DNA of 64,000 bases from Eledone cirrhosa (Eukaryota): positions 169,260,001 to 169,324,000 of the forward strand of contig OZ024741.1 in NCBI GenBank assembly GCA_964016885.1. The letters are read 5' to 3'. Below are positions 1-12,975 of the stretch, one piece after another. The translations under genes and the position numbers were made by a program. Within the stretch, counting starts at the first letter, position 1, and the number at the start of each line of letters is the position of its first letter. The notes under the pieces are model-generated. The model saw only the letters and a program-made list of their open reading frames with translations, did not search any database and was not told the origin of the DNA.

Positions 1-162
1 TACTATTATATATCTCACATAATATCGAATTTATGAGATTTTGATATTATTTATTTTGAGAACAATACCTTAACATCAGTATGAGCAGCCGGTAATGGCC
101 AGTTTGAACAGAAAGAGGTGAAAGAATTCTGGCCAGATACAGCCAGTTTAAATGCTAAAGGC
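1..162 (+). mobile_element. 3' part of a piggyBac-like (TTAA-type) MITE, same family as 51894-52113
   Basis: Aligns by eye with 51960-52113 and ends in the TIR-like TAAATGCTAAAGG. The 5' end is outside the window. Confidence 0.65.
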
Positions 163-429
163 TATTTATAGTCAACTGATTCTTTTCACACTAAGTTGTA
201 TTAATCACTGGTAAATTAGTTATGCATTTTAATTTATTTATTCAATTACTTTATTTGGTGGGGGTGAATAGAAATTAAATTTTATGAAAGAGGTAAAAAG
301 TATGAGAAGTCCTGATCTATGTATTCTATATTTTCATTCATTTCACACTCATTTTTATATCATTGATTCAATGTTAGAACTACAAACAATTATTTTATTT
401 CTCCCTCTCCATGTTCATCTCTTATCTAG

Positions 430-710
430 GTCCTGCAACTGTAATCCTGTCACTGCTGCCCAGTCTTAACAGCTGCACCAATCCCTGGATCTACCTGGCT
501 TTTAGTGGAAAGGTATGGTGTCGACAACAAAGTCAAAATTTTCCTCGCACCTGGACACAAACCACCAATACATACCTTGTCGAGCTTGAGGCTAAGAAAC
601 GCACTTCATTTGGGGCCGAACACGTCATGTTTGCAAGCGACAGTACGGCTAGGAAGACGCTTAATGTTGATACCAACACCACAACACTCATGTCATCGAG
701 TCCATGTTAA
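430..710 (+). CDS. OPR: Terminal coding exon (TM7, helix 8, C-tail) of an oxytocin/vasopressin-family GPCR, most likely octopressin receptor
   Basis: Pyrimidine-rich tract ends in TAG (AG at 428-429), a phase-1 acceptor. The frame reads PATVILSLLPSLNSCTNPWIYLAFSG (family TM7 motif SLNSCxNPWIY) to TAA at 708-710. The C-tail KVWCRQQSQNFPRTW...TTTLMSSSPC matches my recollection of the Octopus octopressin receptor. The ATG at 411 is intronic. Confidence 0.88.
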
Positions 711-754
711 ATGAAACAACCTTTTTTTTTTGGTTTATTTTTCATACAGCATGT

Positions 755-773
755 TTGTATGTATTTATGTATA

Positions 774-835
<62 letters not shown>

Positions 836-1059
836 TATTTATATATACATATATATATATATATATGCACATATATATGTGCATATACACCTACATTCAA
901 AGACCCACCCACATATACACACTCATACTTATAATTAAACATATATATACAGACATAGACATATTTATACATATATATATATATAATATATATATATATG
1001 TATATATATATATACATATATATATATATACATACATACATACACACACTTATATACAT

Positions 1060-1112
<53 letters not shown>

Positions 1113-1120
1113 TACACATA
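755..1120. repeat. Compound (TA)n/(CA)n microsatellite in the proximal 3' UTR region of the GPCR
   Basis: Visible dinucleotide tracts starting about 45 bp after the stop codon. Confidence 0.9.
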
Positions 1121-1560
1121 TTGTTATACTTTGGGAAACTCATGCTGCATATAAAAATGCATGCACCAATTTTGAGTTGCACTTCAGTTTATTAATAGTT
1201 GAGTAACTAATCTATTCATTGGTTAGTTTAGTACCCAGAGAGTTGTTTAATTGTTAACTGTCAAATATTCTGTGACCTTCTCAATGACTATTCTTGCAAG
1301 AATAGTTTCTAAATTAATGAATGAATGGATTAGTTACTCAACCAATAATAACCTGAACTAAAACTCAACTGGTGCATGTGTTTTTATTGCCAGCATGACC
1401 CTCCCAAATTATAACATTATTTGTTTAAACACATGTTTCACACCATAATCTTGCAGAACAAATACAAAACGAAGTATGTATATATATATTATTGCCTGAA
1501 TGTATGGTTGTAATAACTAAAGAAACAGCCGTCAATATGTAAGCATAGTAATAAATATAT

Positions 1561-1717
1561 TATATTATATAAAATACACGGCTAACTGGTGTATACCTTC
1601 CTAGGTACTCGGAGTTTCTCGAAATAAGTTGATGTTACTTCGTTTGATCAGGAAGTGAGTCAAGTTCAAGTATCTAGGAAGGTATATCCCAGTTTGCCAT
1701 GTATTTTATATAATATA
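1561..1717. mobile_element. Fold-back Penelope-like pLTR fragment with the 3' half of a hammerhead motif; second copy at 6878-6966
   Basis: Arms 1561-1609 and 1669-1717 are imperfect reverse complements. The minus strand reads stem II-GAAA-CTCCGAG-TA. Confidence 0.55.
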
Positions 1718-2180
1718 GTATGTCTATATAACTTGATCAATAAGTGATTGGGGTTGTGTATTAAATCATATATGAAATGGTGATATAAATAAACATTTTC
1801 ATAGCCTTTTAGAAGCGATGATAAATCACCAGTTGTCTTTAGCAAACAAGCAAGGAAAAGCATTCTAATAGCACCGTTTCTGGTTTCTTAATCATCGACA
1901 GAGAAGCTTACTTCTTCTTGGATGCTAAGACAAAAATAAGCTAAAAGCTTATAGGTTTTATGCTTATGAACATCAACTGGAAAAATTCATTTGTATACTG
2001 AGCAAAAGCTGGTCAGCTCTAATACATACATACACACACATACATACATACATACATGCATACATACATACATACATACATACACACACACATATATACA
2101 TGCATACATACACATACATACATTCATACATACATATATAGGTATATATATATATATATGTATAGACATATATATATACA

Positions 2181-2265
<85 letters not shown>

Positions 2266-2947
2266 ATATATACACACACTCATCATCATTTAATGTCCAT
2301 CTTCCCTGCTGGTAAGGGTTGGATAGGTCTTCACAGATCAGGTCAGTACTCAAGTGGAGCTACTGATCTCCCAAATGGTCTGGGGATCTACATCATTTTT
2401 ACATATCTTCCCACACTCATTTTATCATGGGACAGACACTATGGAGGTTGTCATGTCTTTGACTCAACTGAAGAGTCCACCTGACCATTTATTTAACAGG
2501 TTTTCTATGATTGGATGCCATTTCTATCACTAACCACTTTACAGTGTACTGTGCGGGTTTATCCTATAGTTTACCAACAATAGGGTGATTGTCACATCTT
2601 TGACATAACTGAAGAGTCCTTCGGATATTTTGTTTGGCAGGATTTCTACAACTGGATGTTCTTTTTACCATACAGTGGGATGGGAGTGACCTCCAATAAC
2701 ATGTGTTATGCTAGCAGCTAATAGGGCATTACGCATGGTGTGTCAGGATTTTAGAGGTGCGTATAGTGATATAAGAATCACAAAGGAGTAAATCATAAAT
2801 AGAATTGGCATGTACATTGATGGTGAGACATATCTAGTCAGGATCATGAATGAGTCAGGTCACATTTATGCTGGTTGATAGGTCTTCTCCAGTACATGTC
2901 ACGAGGTCTTGTGGTCCTTTGCCACACACACACACACACACATATAT

Positions 2948-2978
<31 letters not shown>

Positions 2979-2990
2979 CATACGCATAAC

Positions 2991-3034
<44 letters not shown>

Positions 3035-4229
3035 AACACACATATCTATATATATACACACACACACGTATACACACACGTATATATATGTATATATATA
3101 TATATATATATCCTTGAGCACAAGGATATTTCATATTTCTCTATTAGCTATTTATTTAAAAAAGATCAAACTTGAGCACAGTTGTGTTTTCAATATAAGA
3201 TGTTTGAATGAAAATCTATTCCCCCTTATACAAATATATATATGTATATATATATATACACAAAATTATATTCATACATATATAAAAAAAATACAAATAT
3301 ACATATATCATCATCTTCATTATTTAACATTTGTTTTCCCTGCTAGCAAGCATTGGTCATGTCATCATAGTCAAGTCAGTTCTCATTCAGAGCTCCTGAT
3401 CTCTTTGTGGGTTAGGGTTCTAATATCCAATCCTGCACACTACTAAGTGTATTTTATCATAGCACCAGCACAAGGGAAGTTGTCATGTCTTTGGCATAAC
3501 TGAAGAATATTACCAGTCCTTTGTTTAGTAGCTTTTCTACAGCTGGATACCATTCCTAATATCAACCACTTTAGAAAGTCTACTGGGTGAATGCTTATCA
3601 TGTAGATAACCAACTCTAGGAAGGTTGCTATCATGTAATTCATTAACACTAGAGAGGATGTCATACCCTGACACACTAAGAGACCTTGTGATCCTATTTG
3701 GCGTGGTTTCTATAATGGGATGCCCTTCCTATTGCCAACCACCTTGAAATGTGTACTGGGTGCATTTATTATGGCACCATTGCTAGAGAAGTTATTGTCA
3801 CTGAAAAGCCCTCTGTACTCTATTGGTAGAGGTGGGGTTGTTGCAAAGTGTGGAGGGATTCAACAGGATGACGGGCGAGGAATGGGAGGTGGGATCTCTA
3901 GCAGGGTGGGAATAATAAATTGCTATGGTAATTTTCAGTCATTCTTCCTTTTATTTTATTTTCCTTCTTCTCCTACTTTTGCTTTCTACTTCAACTCTCT
4001 CAATTCCATCCAAGCTTGTTACCTTGGTTATCTAACCCACATACATTGTACAACTTACTAAACACACATACCCACTTGTCAGTTTCATGCATATGTATAT
4101 ATACACACACACGAATATAATGGCTGATGGCAACTTCTTTTTCCATTTTTAAGGGTCTTCACCCTACTTCATATTCTATTTTATAGCATCTCAGTGCATG
4201 AACACACCACTCTTTATATTAACAATATA

Positions 4230-4992
4230 TATATATATAATACATTATAAAGAAAGAAGAAACATTAGATATAATTAATAAGATATACCATACCCAAATT
4301 CCTTCACTACTCCTCAACTATGTAGTTTCGTGGCATATTATGCAAAAACACTACATCACAGAGATACAGTATTTTTGTGAGGTTTGCCGATTTATCAAGA
4401 GGATACCTCATTTAGAGTTTCAAAACACATCCGTAGGACGCGAGATAGAATCCCGAAAGGTGGAGGGGGAGTCAATCACGTGATACAGCGGTCAAGAAAC
4501 AGAGCTAAGCCTCTTACAACCAAGAAAAAAATACCACAAAGGCGGAGGGGGTATTTATATCAAAGCCGTAGAAGAGATGGCTAGAATGGCAAGAAGTGTG
4601 AGTAATGAAAGCTATCCAGCAGTCACTACACTTCAATGGTTACTCTACCACGGGGAGTTATAAACAATATAAAGAAATACACAGACACATGCGGACACAT
4701 ACATATACATGAATATATCCACACATATCCCTGAATTTGTGGTGCCAACCTTAACCGTTGTTGCTCTATGAAAAATAGGTACAAAATAATCTGAATGGAT
4801 TAGATTGATTCAATATCAGAGCTATATAATACATTATAAAGAAAGAATCAATCTAATCCATTCGGATTATTTTGTCCTAGTTATTCATAGAGCAACAACG
4901 GTTGAGGTTGGCACCACAAATTCAGGGATATATGTGGATATATTCATGTATATGTATGTGTTCGCATGTGTCTGTGTATTTCTTTATATTGT
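4230..4992. mobile_element. (TA)n-flanked fold-back element, probably Penelope-derived
   Basis: 148-bp inverted arms at 4664-4811 and 4845-4992. Decayed hammerhead-like GAAA-CTACATAG-TT on the minus strand near 4310-4365. Confidence 0.55.
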
Positions 4993-5011
4993 GTATATAT
5001 ATATATATATA

Positions 5012-5915
5012 CTAGTGGCCTCCTGGCCTTCGCCCCAGTCTGTGCTTTGCTCAAATACATTCATAAGGCACCTATTATCAGCTGTCGTAATGTCCATTTT
5101 CCTTAGAATAAAATATGTTAAAAGGTATTTAAATACTGCATGACATTATTTTTTTTAAAGTAATAAATAAAATAATAGAAAAATGAATTCTACGAAAATT
5201 ATAAACATTTACAGAACTCCAGTATATAGAATGGTTTTAAAGATAGTCATTGCTTAACTGACTGGGAATTGCAATCATTTGAAATGAAAAGGGACATCTG
5301 TTGGTATTAGCAGCATTCTAGGTATAAATGTGGTGTCAGGCTTACCACATCCAGTGAGGAGTTTGGCTTCGATAATGTGAGGCTGTAGTTCAGTCACAAC
5401 CATATGCATTCCATTGCACAAAGTATGGTGACTGTGCACTTCTTCAATTCAACATACCAGATAGTTCCAGACTGTTGAGAAATTCAATGGGTGGTCTGTT
5501 GAGAAATTCAGGGACCATTTATGAGAGATTTTGCTGATTGCATTCACTGTGATATTTTGGAGAGCAAGAATTGCTCTTTCACACAGTCACTCCTCATTGG
5601 AATGGTGGATTTGGAAATTGGGGAACACTTAATTAATTAAGCTTACACTGCTTTCCACAACAGTATAAAATGATAAATGATCAAAGCATCCTTCAATTGC
5701 TTTTCTATAAATTAAAACATCTGAGAGGTGCTTATCTGTAACTCCGAGGGTCCGCTTCCTCCCCGCCTCTGTTATTTACTGTGCATATAACAGAGGCTGC
5801 TAAATAAATAAAAAAAATAGAGAACAAGTCAATTGCAAGCTGAAAGCACATGAAAAACCTAAATTATTACTAATTTTATTTAGTGTTATTAGCGGTTTTT
5901 ATAAGTATTATAAAT
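5012..5915 (-). mobile_element. Internally deleted Helitron with Pif1-helicase relic
   Basis: 3' CTAG|T on the minus strand at 5012. Minus-strand translation of ~5240-5610 gives LCERAILA...VNAI and LCNGMHMVVTELQPHIIEAKLLTGCGKPDTTFIPRMLLIPTDVPFHFK*LQFPV, with stops. The right boundary is approximate. Confidence 0.8.
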
Positions 5916-5926
5916 ATATATACTAA

Positions 5927-6113
5927 GGGCGGTGGATTGGCAGTATCGGTAGAAGGTCTGACGTCATGCTTTGACGCATAGAGTTACGGCCCTTGCCATT
6001 CGAGTTCAAATCCCGCTGAGGTTAACTTTGCCTTTCATCCTTAAGGGGTCGATAAAATAAAGTACCAGTAATACACTGGGATAATTGCTGACCTTGTGCC
6101 AAAAGTAGAAACA
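5927..6113 (+). mobile_element. tRNA-derived SINE family A, full-length short variant
   Basis: A-box-like TGGCAGTATCGG, B-box GAGTTCAAATCC, core TTTGCCTTTCATCCTTA.GGGGTCGATAAAATAAAGTACCAG, and a 17-bp TSD ATTATAAATATATATAC (5907-5923 / 6114-6130). Confidence 0.9.
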
Positions 6114-8899
6114 ATTATAAATATATATACGTGTGTGTGCATGCAAGTATATATATATATATATATTGGTAAACGGAAAAGAAAATGCTGACAAATTGTT
6201 CACAGTGAAAAATAGTTTAATTAGGAATAAGTGAGAATTAGTAATAGTATTGGTTAGTATTCCGTTTTGGTTTTAAGTTTTACCGGTTGCGCATTTCTAA
6301 TGCTTTTCAAAAATAATTTTGAGATAGAGTGTCCATGATGTTTGCTCTGATCTGATTAGTTTTGGAAATTCTGCCTGTTTTTATGTTAAAAAAGTGGCTC
6401 CAGCGGTATTAAAATAAGTTTTGCGCCAATTCGTGTTGCAAAAATTCTTGTGGTCAAAACGATTTTGATTGGTCGGTAGAGGTCATGTGAATGTTAAAAA
6501 TTGATTTTGCACCAAATGTAGGTTTGTGTCGGCTGATTGAGAAGTCACTGAAAAATAAGTCTTTCAAAACAAATATGTGTGTGTGTGTGTATATATACAT
6601 ATATATATACACACACATATGCAACAAACTTCCTTTTTATAAGGATATAGATATACACAGATAGACACACACACACACACACACGCACACACACTCATAT
6701 ATATATATATAATTTTGCTATTTAGATCTACATAGCAAAATTGTAAAATTATATTGTTATAGAATACCAACTACAAGTGAAGTCATTCTTTACCTTTTTT
6801 CAAACCTACCTAATTGTACCAATGATCCAAGGATCTCACACATTTCCCAATATATATATATATATAAATATATATATACTATATTATATAAAACACATGG
6901 CAAACTGGCATATATCTTTCTAGATACTCGGAGTTTTCCAAAGCAAGTTGGTCTTGCTTCATTCAGATATATATAGATATATTCATGTTTGAACACACAT
7001 ACCCAAATAAATATATCTGTATGTGTGGCAGGACTGTAAATAGTTTAATTTTACATTATCTTTTGCCAGTGAGGTGTTAAATTAGATATTCTCATTCTTT
7101 AAAACTATCTTTGTTTGTTTTGAATATGAACTGTTCAAATGCTTCTCAAATATCTTACTATGTATAAACAGTTCCTAGTTCCTTTTGAAAGATATTACAG
7201 TTCCAGTTCCTTTTGAAAGATATTACATGTGTAATATGGGTGTGCCAAAATTTCATTACTAGTTTCATAAATTTTCAAAGTGTTTTGAAATATGTGTAGA
7301 TGACTCTTGTCATGCAGCAGAGTTGGTCCACCACAGTTAAGAAGTTTTAGTTGGGTTGATTTAAGTTATTCATGAGTTTGAAGTGTTGCTTTACCTTGTT
7401 ACTGAAAATATGACAAAATGGAACATTGGATACATTGGATAGAATATTTTGTGGTATTTGTTCAGGCTGTCAGTGCTTGGAGTTCAAATCCTGCTGAGGT
7501 CAATTTTGCCTTTCATTTTTTTTAGTTCAATATATATAAAGTACCAGTCTCATATTAGAGTCGATTCTTCCTGTCTCTCTTTCTCTCTCTGCTTCTTCTT
7601 CTTCTTTGGAAGAAATCAACTGTGTCTAGTCCTGGAGTGGGATGGGCTCTGCCAGATTTAAAATGCCCAAGATACCATATGTAACAATGGCACCCCTAAA
7701 ATTCCAGAAGTTAAATATTAGTAGGTTCTGCTATCTTGCAAACCACCATACATTCATCATAACCTATATTGAGGGAAGTGGTTGCTTTGGAGAATATTTT
7801 AGAGTTGTTTCTGTGCATAATCAGTTCATTTATCATTGTCAAACAATATCCATGTTTGATCACAAATAAGGACACTAGGCAAAATCCTTCATATTAGCAA
7901 TGTTGCTGAACACACCACTAAATTCCTAACATTTTATTCTAGTCTGGTGTACTTTTTTAGGCTCCCATATCACTCTCATTGTTGTTTAGCCATTTATCAG
8001 CTTTTTTTAATAAACTTATCATCAAAGATGTTCCAGCAGTGACCACCTAATATAAATTCCTGTATTTTTATTGTTCTGTCTCAATTCATGCAGAAACTTC
8101 TTAATTTTTCTGATGGTACATAAGTTTCAAGAAACAATTTAGCTGATCTCCTATGAGGCTTCATCACATAGGAGGTTTGTCAGATGTTTTAATAATAGGT
8201 GACTCCAGTATTATCATGAAAATCCACATGAAATGAAATATCCTGCTCAAGAACACTTCACCCCACCACCTCCAGTTCTAGCAATTGAATCCACAACCTT
8301 ATGATTGAGAGTCAATACCCTAATCATCAGGTTGCATGCTTTCACTGATTGCACAGAAATAGCAGCAATCAGTTCCAGGAGATACTGACAAGTTGTCAAA
8401 GTTGTTCTTTGAGAGTTTTTTTTCCACTAGTTCTCTTAGCTGGTCTTCAAATGACAGACTTTAGTTTGCAGTATGGCAAACTCTGAAAGTTGAGAAACTA
8501 CCCTACACTGTTTACAGGCTTATACAACTCTCTCCAAATTAAAAAAAATTAGATTAATTTTACAGCTCACAATTGTGCAGATTCAGTTGGTCTCATATAA
8601 GGTTTCATCTCATAGAAGGCTTCATAGATGTTTTAATGATAGGGGCTCCAATCATATCATGAAAAGCCACATGAAATAAAATATCTTGCTCAACACGTCC
8701 TCCTCCACCCACTAGTCCAGGAATCGAACCCACAGTCTTATGAATGTGAGTCCGACACCCTAACCACTAAACTAAGCACCTTCACACTCTCTCCAAATGT
8801 AAAATTTATGCCGATTTCTTAGAGTTTCAGTTGCTATACTGATTTTCCTATGTATGACATGGTAATGCAGAAAATTGTTGATGTATATAGGCATGTTGG

Positions 8900-9701
8900 T
8901 TACATACATGATCGATTGAGTCAGGCGTGAGTTATTGCTGTTTATGTACTAACGTGTTTATAACTTCTGTTACATTTGCGATGCAGGAAAATATCAAACA
9001 AGAGTAGGCAAGCAAATCATGTGGGGAAACTCAATAAATCTGTCACCGAAACATTTAATTCCTTAACACAAACTTATGGAGATGCCGCTCCATTGAAAAG
9101 TAAGATTTTTAAGTGACACAAGCTTTCAAAGAAGGCCGAGAAAATGTTGAAGACAAACTTCATTCTGTAAGGTCAATCTCATCAACAAATGAACAAAATA
9201 TGGAAATGGTATGAGCGGTGATGGTGAAAGATGGCCGATTAAGTGTTAGGATGGTTACAGAAGAAATGGGTTTGGATAAAAATGCAGTTCACAGAATTTT
9301 AACAGACCAGTTGCACATGCAAAAAATTTGTGCAAAACTAGTGCCAAAACACAGCGCATTCAATTAGAGAATTCCTTGCAAAGAAAAACGTTAGCTCTTG
9401 CCCACATCCTCCTTACAGCCCAGGTCTAGCTCAATGTGATTTCTGCCTCTTCCCTTCGTTGAAATTAAAGTTGAAAATTCATCCTTTTGGGACTATGGAA
9501 AATATACAAAAATATTGTAATTGATGAGTTAATGACACTCATAGAAAACTTCTGGTACAACTATAATCAATGGAAAAAATGTTGGAACCACAATGTGACT
9601 CCCCAAGAGTTGTATCATGAAGAAGATAACTTGTAATTTCATGTACGTCTAATATACATTTAAATAAAACATGAGTACTCTTACTTTTTGGACAAACCTT
9701 G
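8900..9701 (+). pseudogene. Decayed, internally deleted mariner transposon
   Basis: Frameshifted HTH region (MQENI...KLNKSVTETF...YGD...FKEGRENVED) and PHPPYSPGLAQCDFCLFPSLK (YSPDL motif) at ~9400-9470. The 3' TIR-like TTACTTTTTGGACAAACCTTG is followed by TA. The 5' TIR was not found. Confidence 0.85.
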
Positions 9702-10922
9702 TATGTCCTAATTTGAATTTATATTCAAAGTCTGGTTTTTCATTGAGAAGTACAAAATCAATGCTTACAAGACAAACACCATCTATGAATTGAAGCCAAA
9801 TAAATATATAAGCTAGTTAAATTGTACAAAATGGATAAATAACCCACAAGCTACTTTCCCTAACATGTATAATCATAACTTGCATAAATGGTTCATGTTG
9901 AAAAATGCGCCCTGTACACTCTGTAAAGTTGGAGTAGCAGTGCCACAAAAAATCACACCCAGTACCCCCTGCAAATGATTGGCATTAAGAAGGGTATTGG
10001 GCCATAGAATGAATGAGATGAGATTGCCCTGACTCTTCTTATCTCCAACCATGACAACCCATCAAACCCATGTCCACATGGAAAACAGATGTAAGATTAT
10101 GATAGTGTTGATGATGGTGGTATTGGGTGGGTGTGTACGGATACATGTGTATTTGTTTGTGTCAGTGTTTGTGTGTGTATATGTGTGTGTGTGTAAGGGC
10201 TTACAAATTCCTCGATGTATGCAGGCTTACCAATGTATGTGCATGTAAGTAAATCTATTTGGTTGGATAATATAGGAGTGCTTGTATGTGAGTGTGTGCA
10301 TAGGTATATAGCTTCTTTACCATTCCTACTGCATTTACTCTACTTCCTACAAGCCATAACCTGAACAATTACCAATCCAAAGACATAAAGAAACAAGTAA
10401 CCCACCACCCTTCTCCATCAATCAAGTTCCTTACCACTTAAAGAATATATATTGATCAAATTATGAAAATATTATTCCACTACCAAATTACCAAGTCAAA
10501 TAAGTTTAAATTTAAATTTATCATTACAACTCTCACAAATAACATTTACATATCATTCCATAACTTTGGTAAATTAAATAAAATCCACACACAAATATAT
10601 ATTTCAATAAACAATATTTATTCATCATTTTAGTCTATCTGAAATACCTAGACACTTATACAGAGATATTAATAAGATTACTACTACCACAACTCAACTG
10701 ACCACACCAAATTACTATCAAGATATTAACAAGAAAAAATATTCCATTACCTACAATTCTAGTACTTACACCCATCTTTCAAATTTCAGTCACTATCACT
10801 GTTCCTTCCACTTCTTTAACCCCCACATGCTAATCCCCAACCAGCTCCTAACCCACCCACCCCCAATATGTTTACTGAACAAATAACAAATCATTATTTT
10901 TCTGAAGAGGCTTAGTGAACAA

Positions 10923-11024
10923 TCCCGCCGAGGTTAACTTTGCCTTTCATCCTTACGGGGTCGATAAAATAAAGTACCAGTAATGCACTGGGTAATTGCT
11001 GGCCTTGTGCCAAAAGTAGAAACA
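10923..11024 (+). mobile_element. 5'-truncated SINE family A
   Basis: Core and tail of family A with a 30-bp TSD ATTATTTTTCTGAAGAGGCTTAGTGAACAA (10893-10922 / 11025-11054). Confidence 0.9.
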
Positions 11025-11025
11025 A

Positions 11026-11095
11026 TTATTTTTCTGAAGAGGCTTAGTGAACAAGCGCTTTGCTGAAACATCCTTGCTATATTGTAAGAAAGTGA
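11026..11095 (+). ncRNA. Type-I hammerhead ribozyme motif (Penelope pLTR-like)
   Basis: TTTTT-CTGAAGA-GGC..stem II..GCT-GAAA-CA..TG-TA-AGAAA, with a GUA cleavage triplet. Confidence 0.65.
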
Positions 11096-11204
11096 ATAAA
11101 TAAACTTATATATTTACTCTATTATAAATAGGGAGTTTTTCCTCCCTTGTGGACTACTAAGATCACTAGATCTGAACCCTGTATATATATATATATATAT
11201 ATAT

Positions 11205-11925
11205 ATCATCATCATCATCATCTTCGTTTAACGTCCATCTTCCACGCTAGCATGGGTTAGACGGGAGTTGTCCCACTTGAGGCAAGGTTGGTCGGGTGAC
11301 CGTGTCTCTCTCATATAGGAGTATCTGGCAGGTTTTTTACGGCTGGATGCCCTTCCTAACACCAACCACATTTACAGTGTGGAACTGGGAACTTTTTACC
11401 GTGTTACCTACACGACCACATTTCAGCGTGGACTGTGTGTTTTTTTTGTTGTGACACCTACACGATCTCGATCTCATTATCTCATTTATTTGGACTAGAT
11501 GTTGTGGTACCAACTTTACAGAGAGAGGATGGTGTTAGGATAGGGTAGGGGTAGTGGATTGGGGTGTATATTTGGGTGTATATTTGGTTAAGAGGTACCT
11601 ACTGACTGTAGGTTTCACTTTATGTATATATATATATACGACATGCCAAAAAACACCCAGACTACCCTGTAAAGTGGTCATGTTGGTGATACGACAAAAA
11701 GTACACACCCCACCCTGTCAGTTGGTTGTTTTGGTGCCACAATAAAAAGCACCCAGTCCACACTATAAATGTAGTTGACGTTAGGAAGGGATTCCAGATG
11801 TAGAAGCCAAGACAGAAAGAGTTCTGTGTGAGCGAGACACAAACACCTGATCTGACTTGTCTCACAAAGGGACAACTCATCTAACCCATGCTACCATGGA
11901 AACGGATGATAAATGGTAATGATAT
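11205..11925. mobile_element. Two oppositely oriented copies of the (GAT)n-tailed RTE-3'UTR/SINE-tail repeat
   Basis: Motifs GGATGCCCTTCCTAACACCAACC (minus copy) and CTAACCCATGCTA..ATGGAA (plus copy), with CAT/GAT tails. Confidence 0.7.
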
Positions 11926-11984
11926 ATATATTTATATATATATATATATATATATCATCAGCTTTTCAAAATGCTGATTAGATT

Positions 11985-12302
11985 AATTGTTTCTACTTTA
12001 AGCACAAGGCCAGCAAATACCCAGTACATTACTGGTACTTTATTTTATCGACCCCCGTAAGGATGAAAGGCAAAATTAACCTGATTAGATTAATGTTTGA
12101 TCTTTAGAGTAGACTGGCTAATTCGTGTGTACAGCTTGGTCCGCTTTCATCTGTAGCAAAATTCAACACCGATAAGAGTTTTCTATTATTTTTGAAATAA
12201 TTGTTTCTACTTTTGGCACAAGGCCAGCAATTACCAGTACATTACTGGTACTTTATTTTATCGACCCCGTAAGGATGAAAGGCAAAGTTAACCTCGGCGG
12301 GA
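11985..12302 (-). mobile_element. Two 5'-truncated SINE family A copies (about 11985-12080 and 12200-12302)
   Basis: Reverse complement of the family A core. TSDs CTGATTAGATTAAT and ATTATTTTTGAAATAAT. Confidence 0.85.
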
Positions 12303-12541
12303 TGATTATTTTTGAAATAATGACATGATCAACACTGTCTTACAATCTCAGTGGATTCAACAATAGATAAAAATTTCTTTTGATTGAGAAGATGAGCCAG
12401 TCACCAATACCTGGGTGGCTTGTATGTCATCGTTTGATTTACTGTCTATATATACATATATATGTATGTATGTATGTATATATATATATATCGGTAACTA
12501 CTGCAATGGCCATACTCGATAACGAGGGGGCAGCCATTATC

Positions 12542-12575
<34 letters not shown>

Positions 12576-12975
12576 TATGTATTATTTTATATATTTTGAT
12601 GGCTGCAAGTTCCACCATCCTCATACCAGTAACTGTTGCATGTTAATGCTTGTTTTACTGGGAAGGTGTGGGACAGGATTTAGAATATTGAATGTAATTT
12701 TACTTTCCTTGTGCAGTAAGGGTCTCATGACAGATCGTATGAGGGTTTATGGGATACATTTGCTTGAATTCGTAGATAGCTTTGGTTTCTTCTAGATGTA
12801 TAATACATTCAAGTTCAGGCAGTCAATGGTCTTATTTAACAAACATGTATATATTCTTACAGTAGATTCTCTATACCACTTCACCTCAACATCAACAAAT
12901 AATCATTGCTAGCAATAGTTTGAATCATTACTCAAACATAAACAGCTGTGTGTCAGTAAAAGTTCAGCACAGCAT

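Noticed and set aside
411-429. ATG start of the 99-aa ORF
   Set aside because: Lies in the polypyrimidine tract upstream of the splice acceptor; homology begins at 430.
5927-6020. tRNA genes at SINE heads
   Set aside because: A/B boxes are present but there is no cloverleaf, and they continue into the SINE core with TSDs.
10320-12920. Possible old Penelope coding remnants (~10320-10760 plus, ~12750-12920 minus)
   Set aside because: Only short motif-like peptides by eye; BLASTX is needed.
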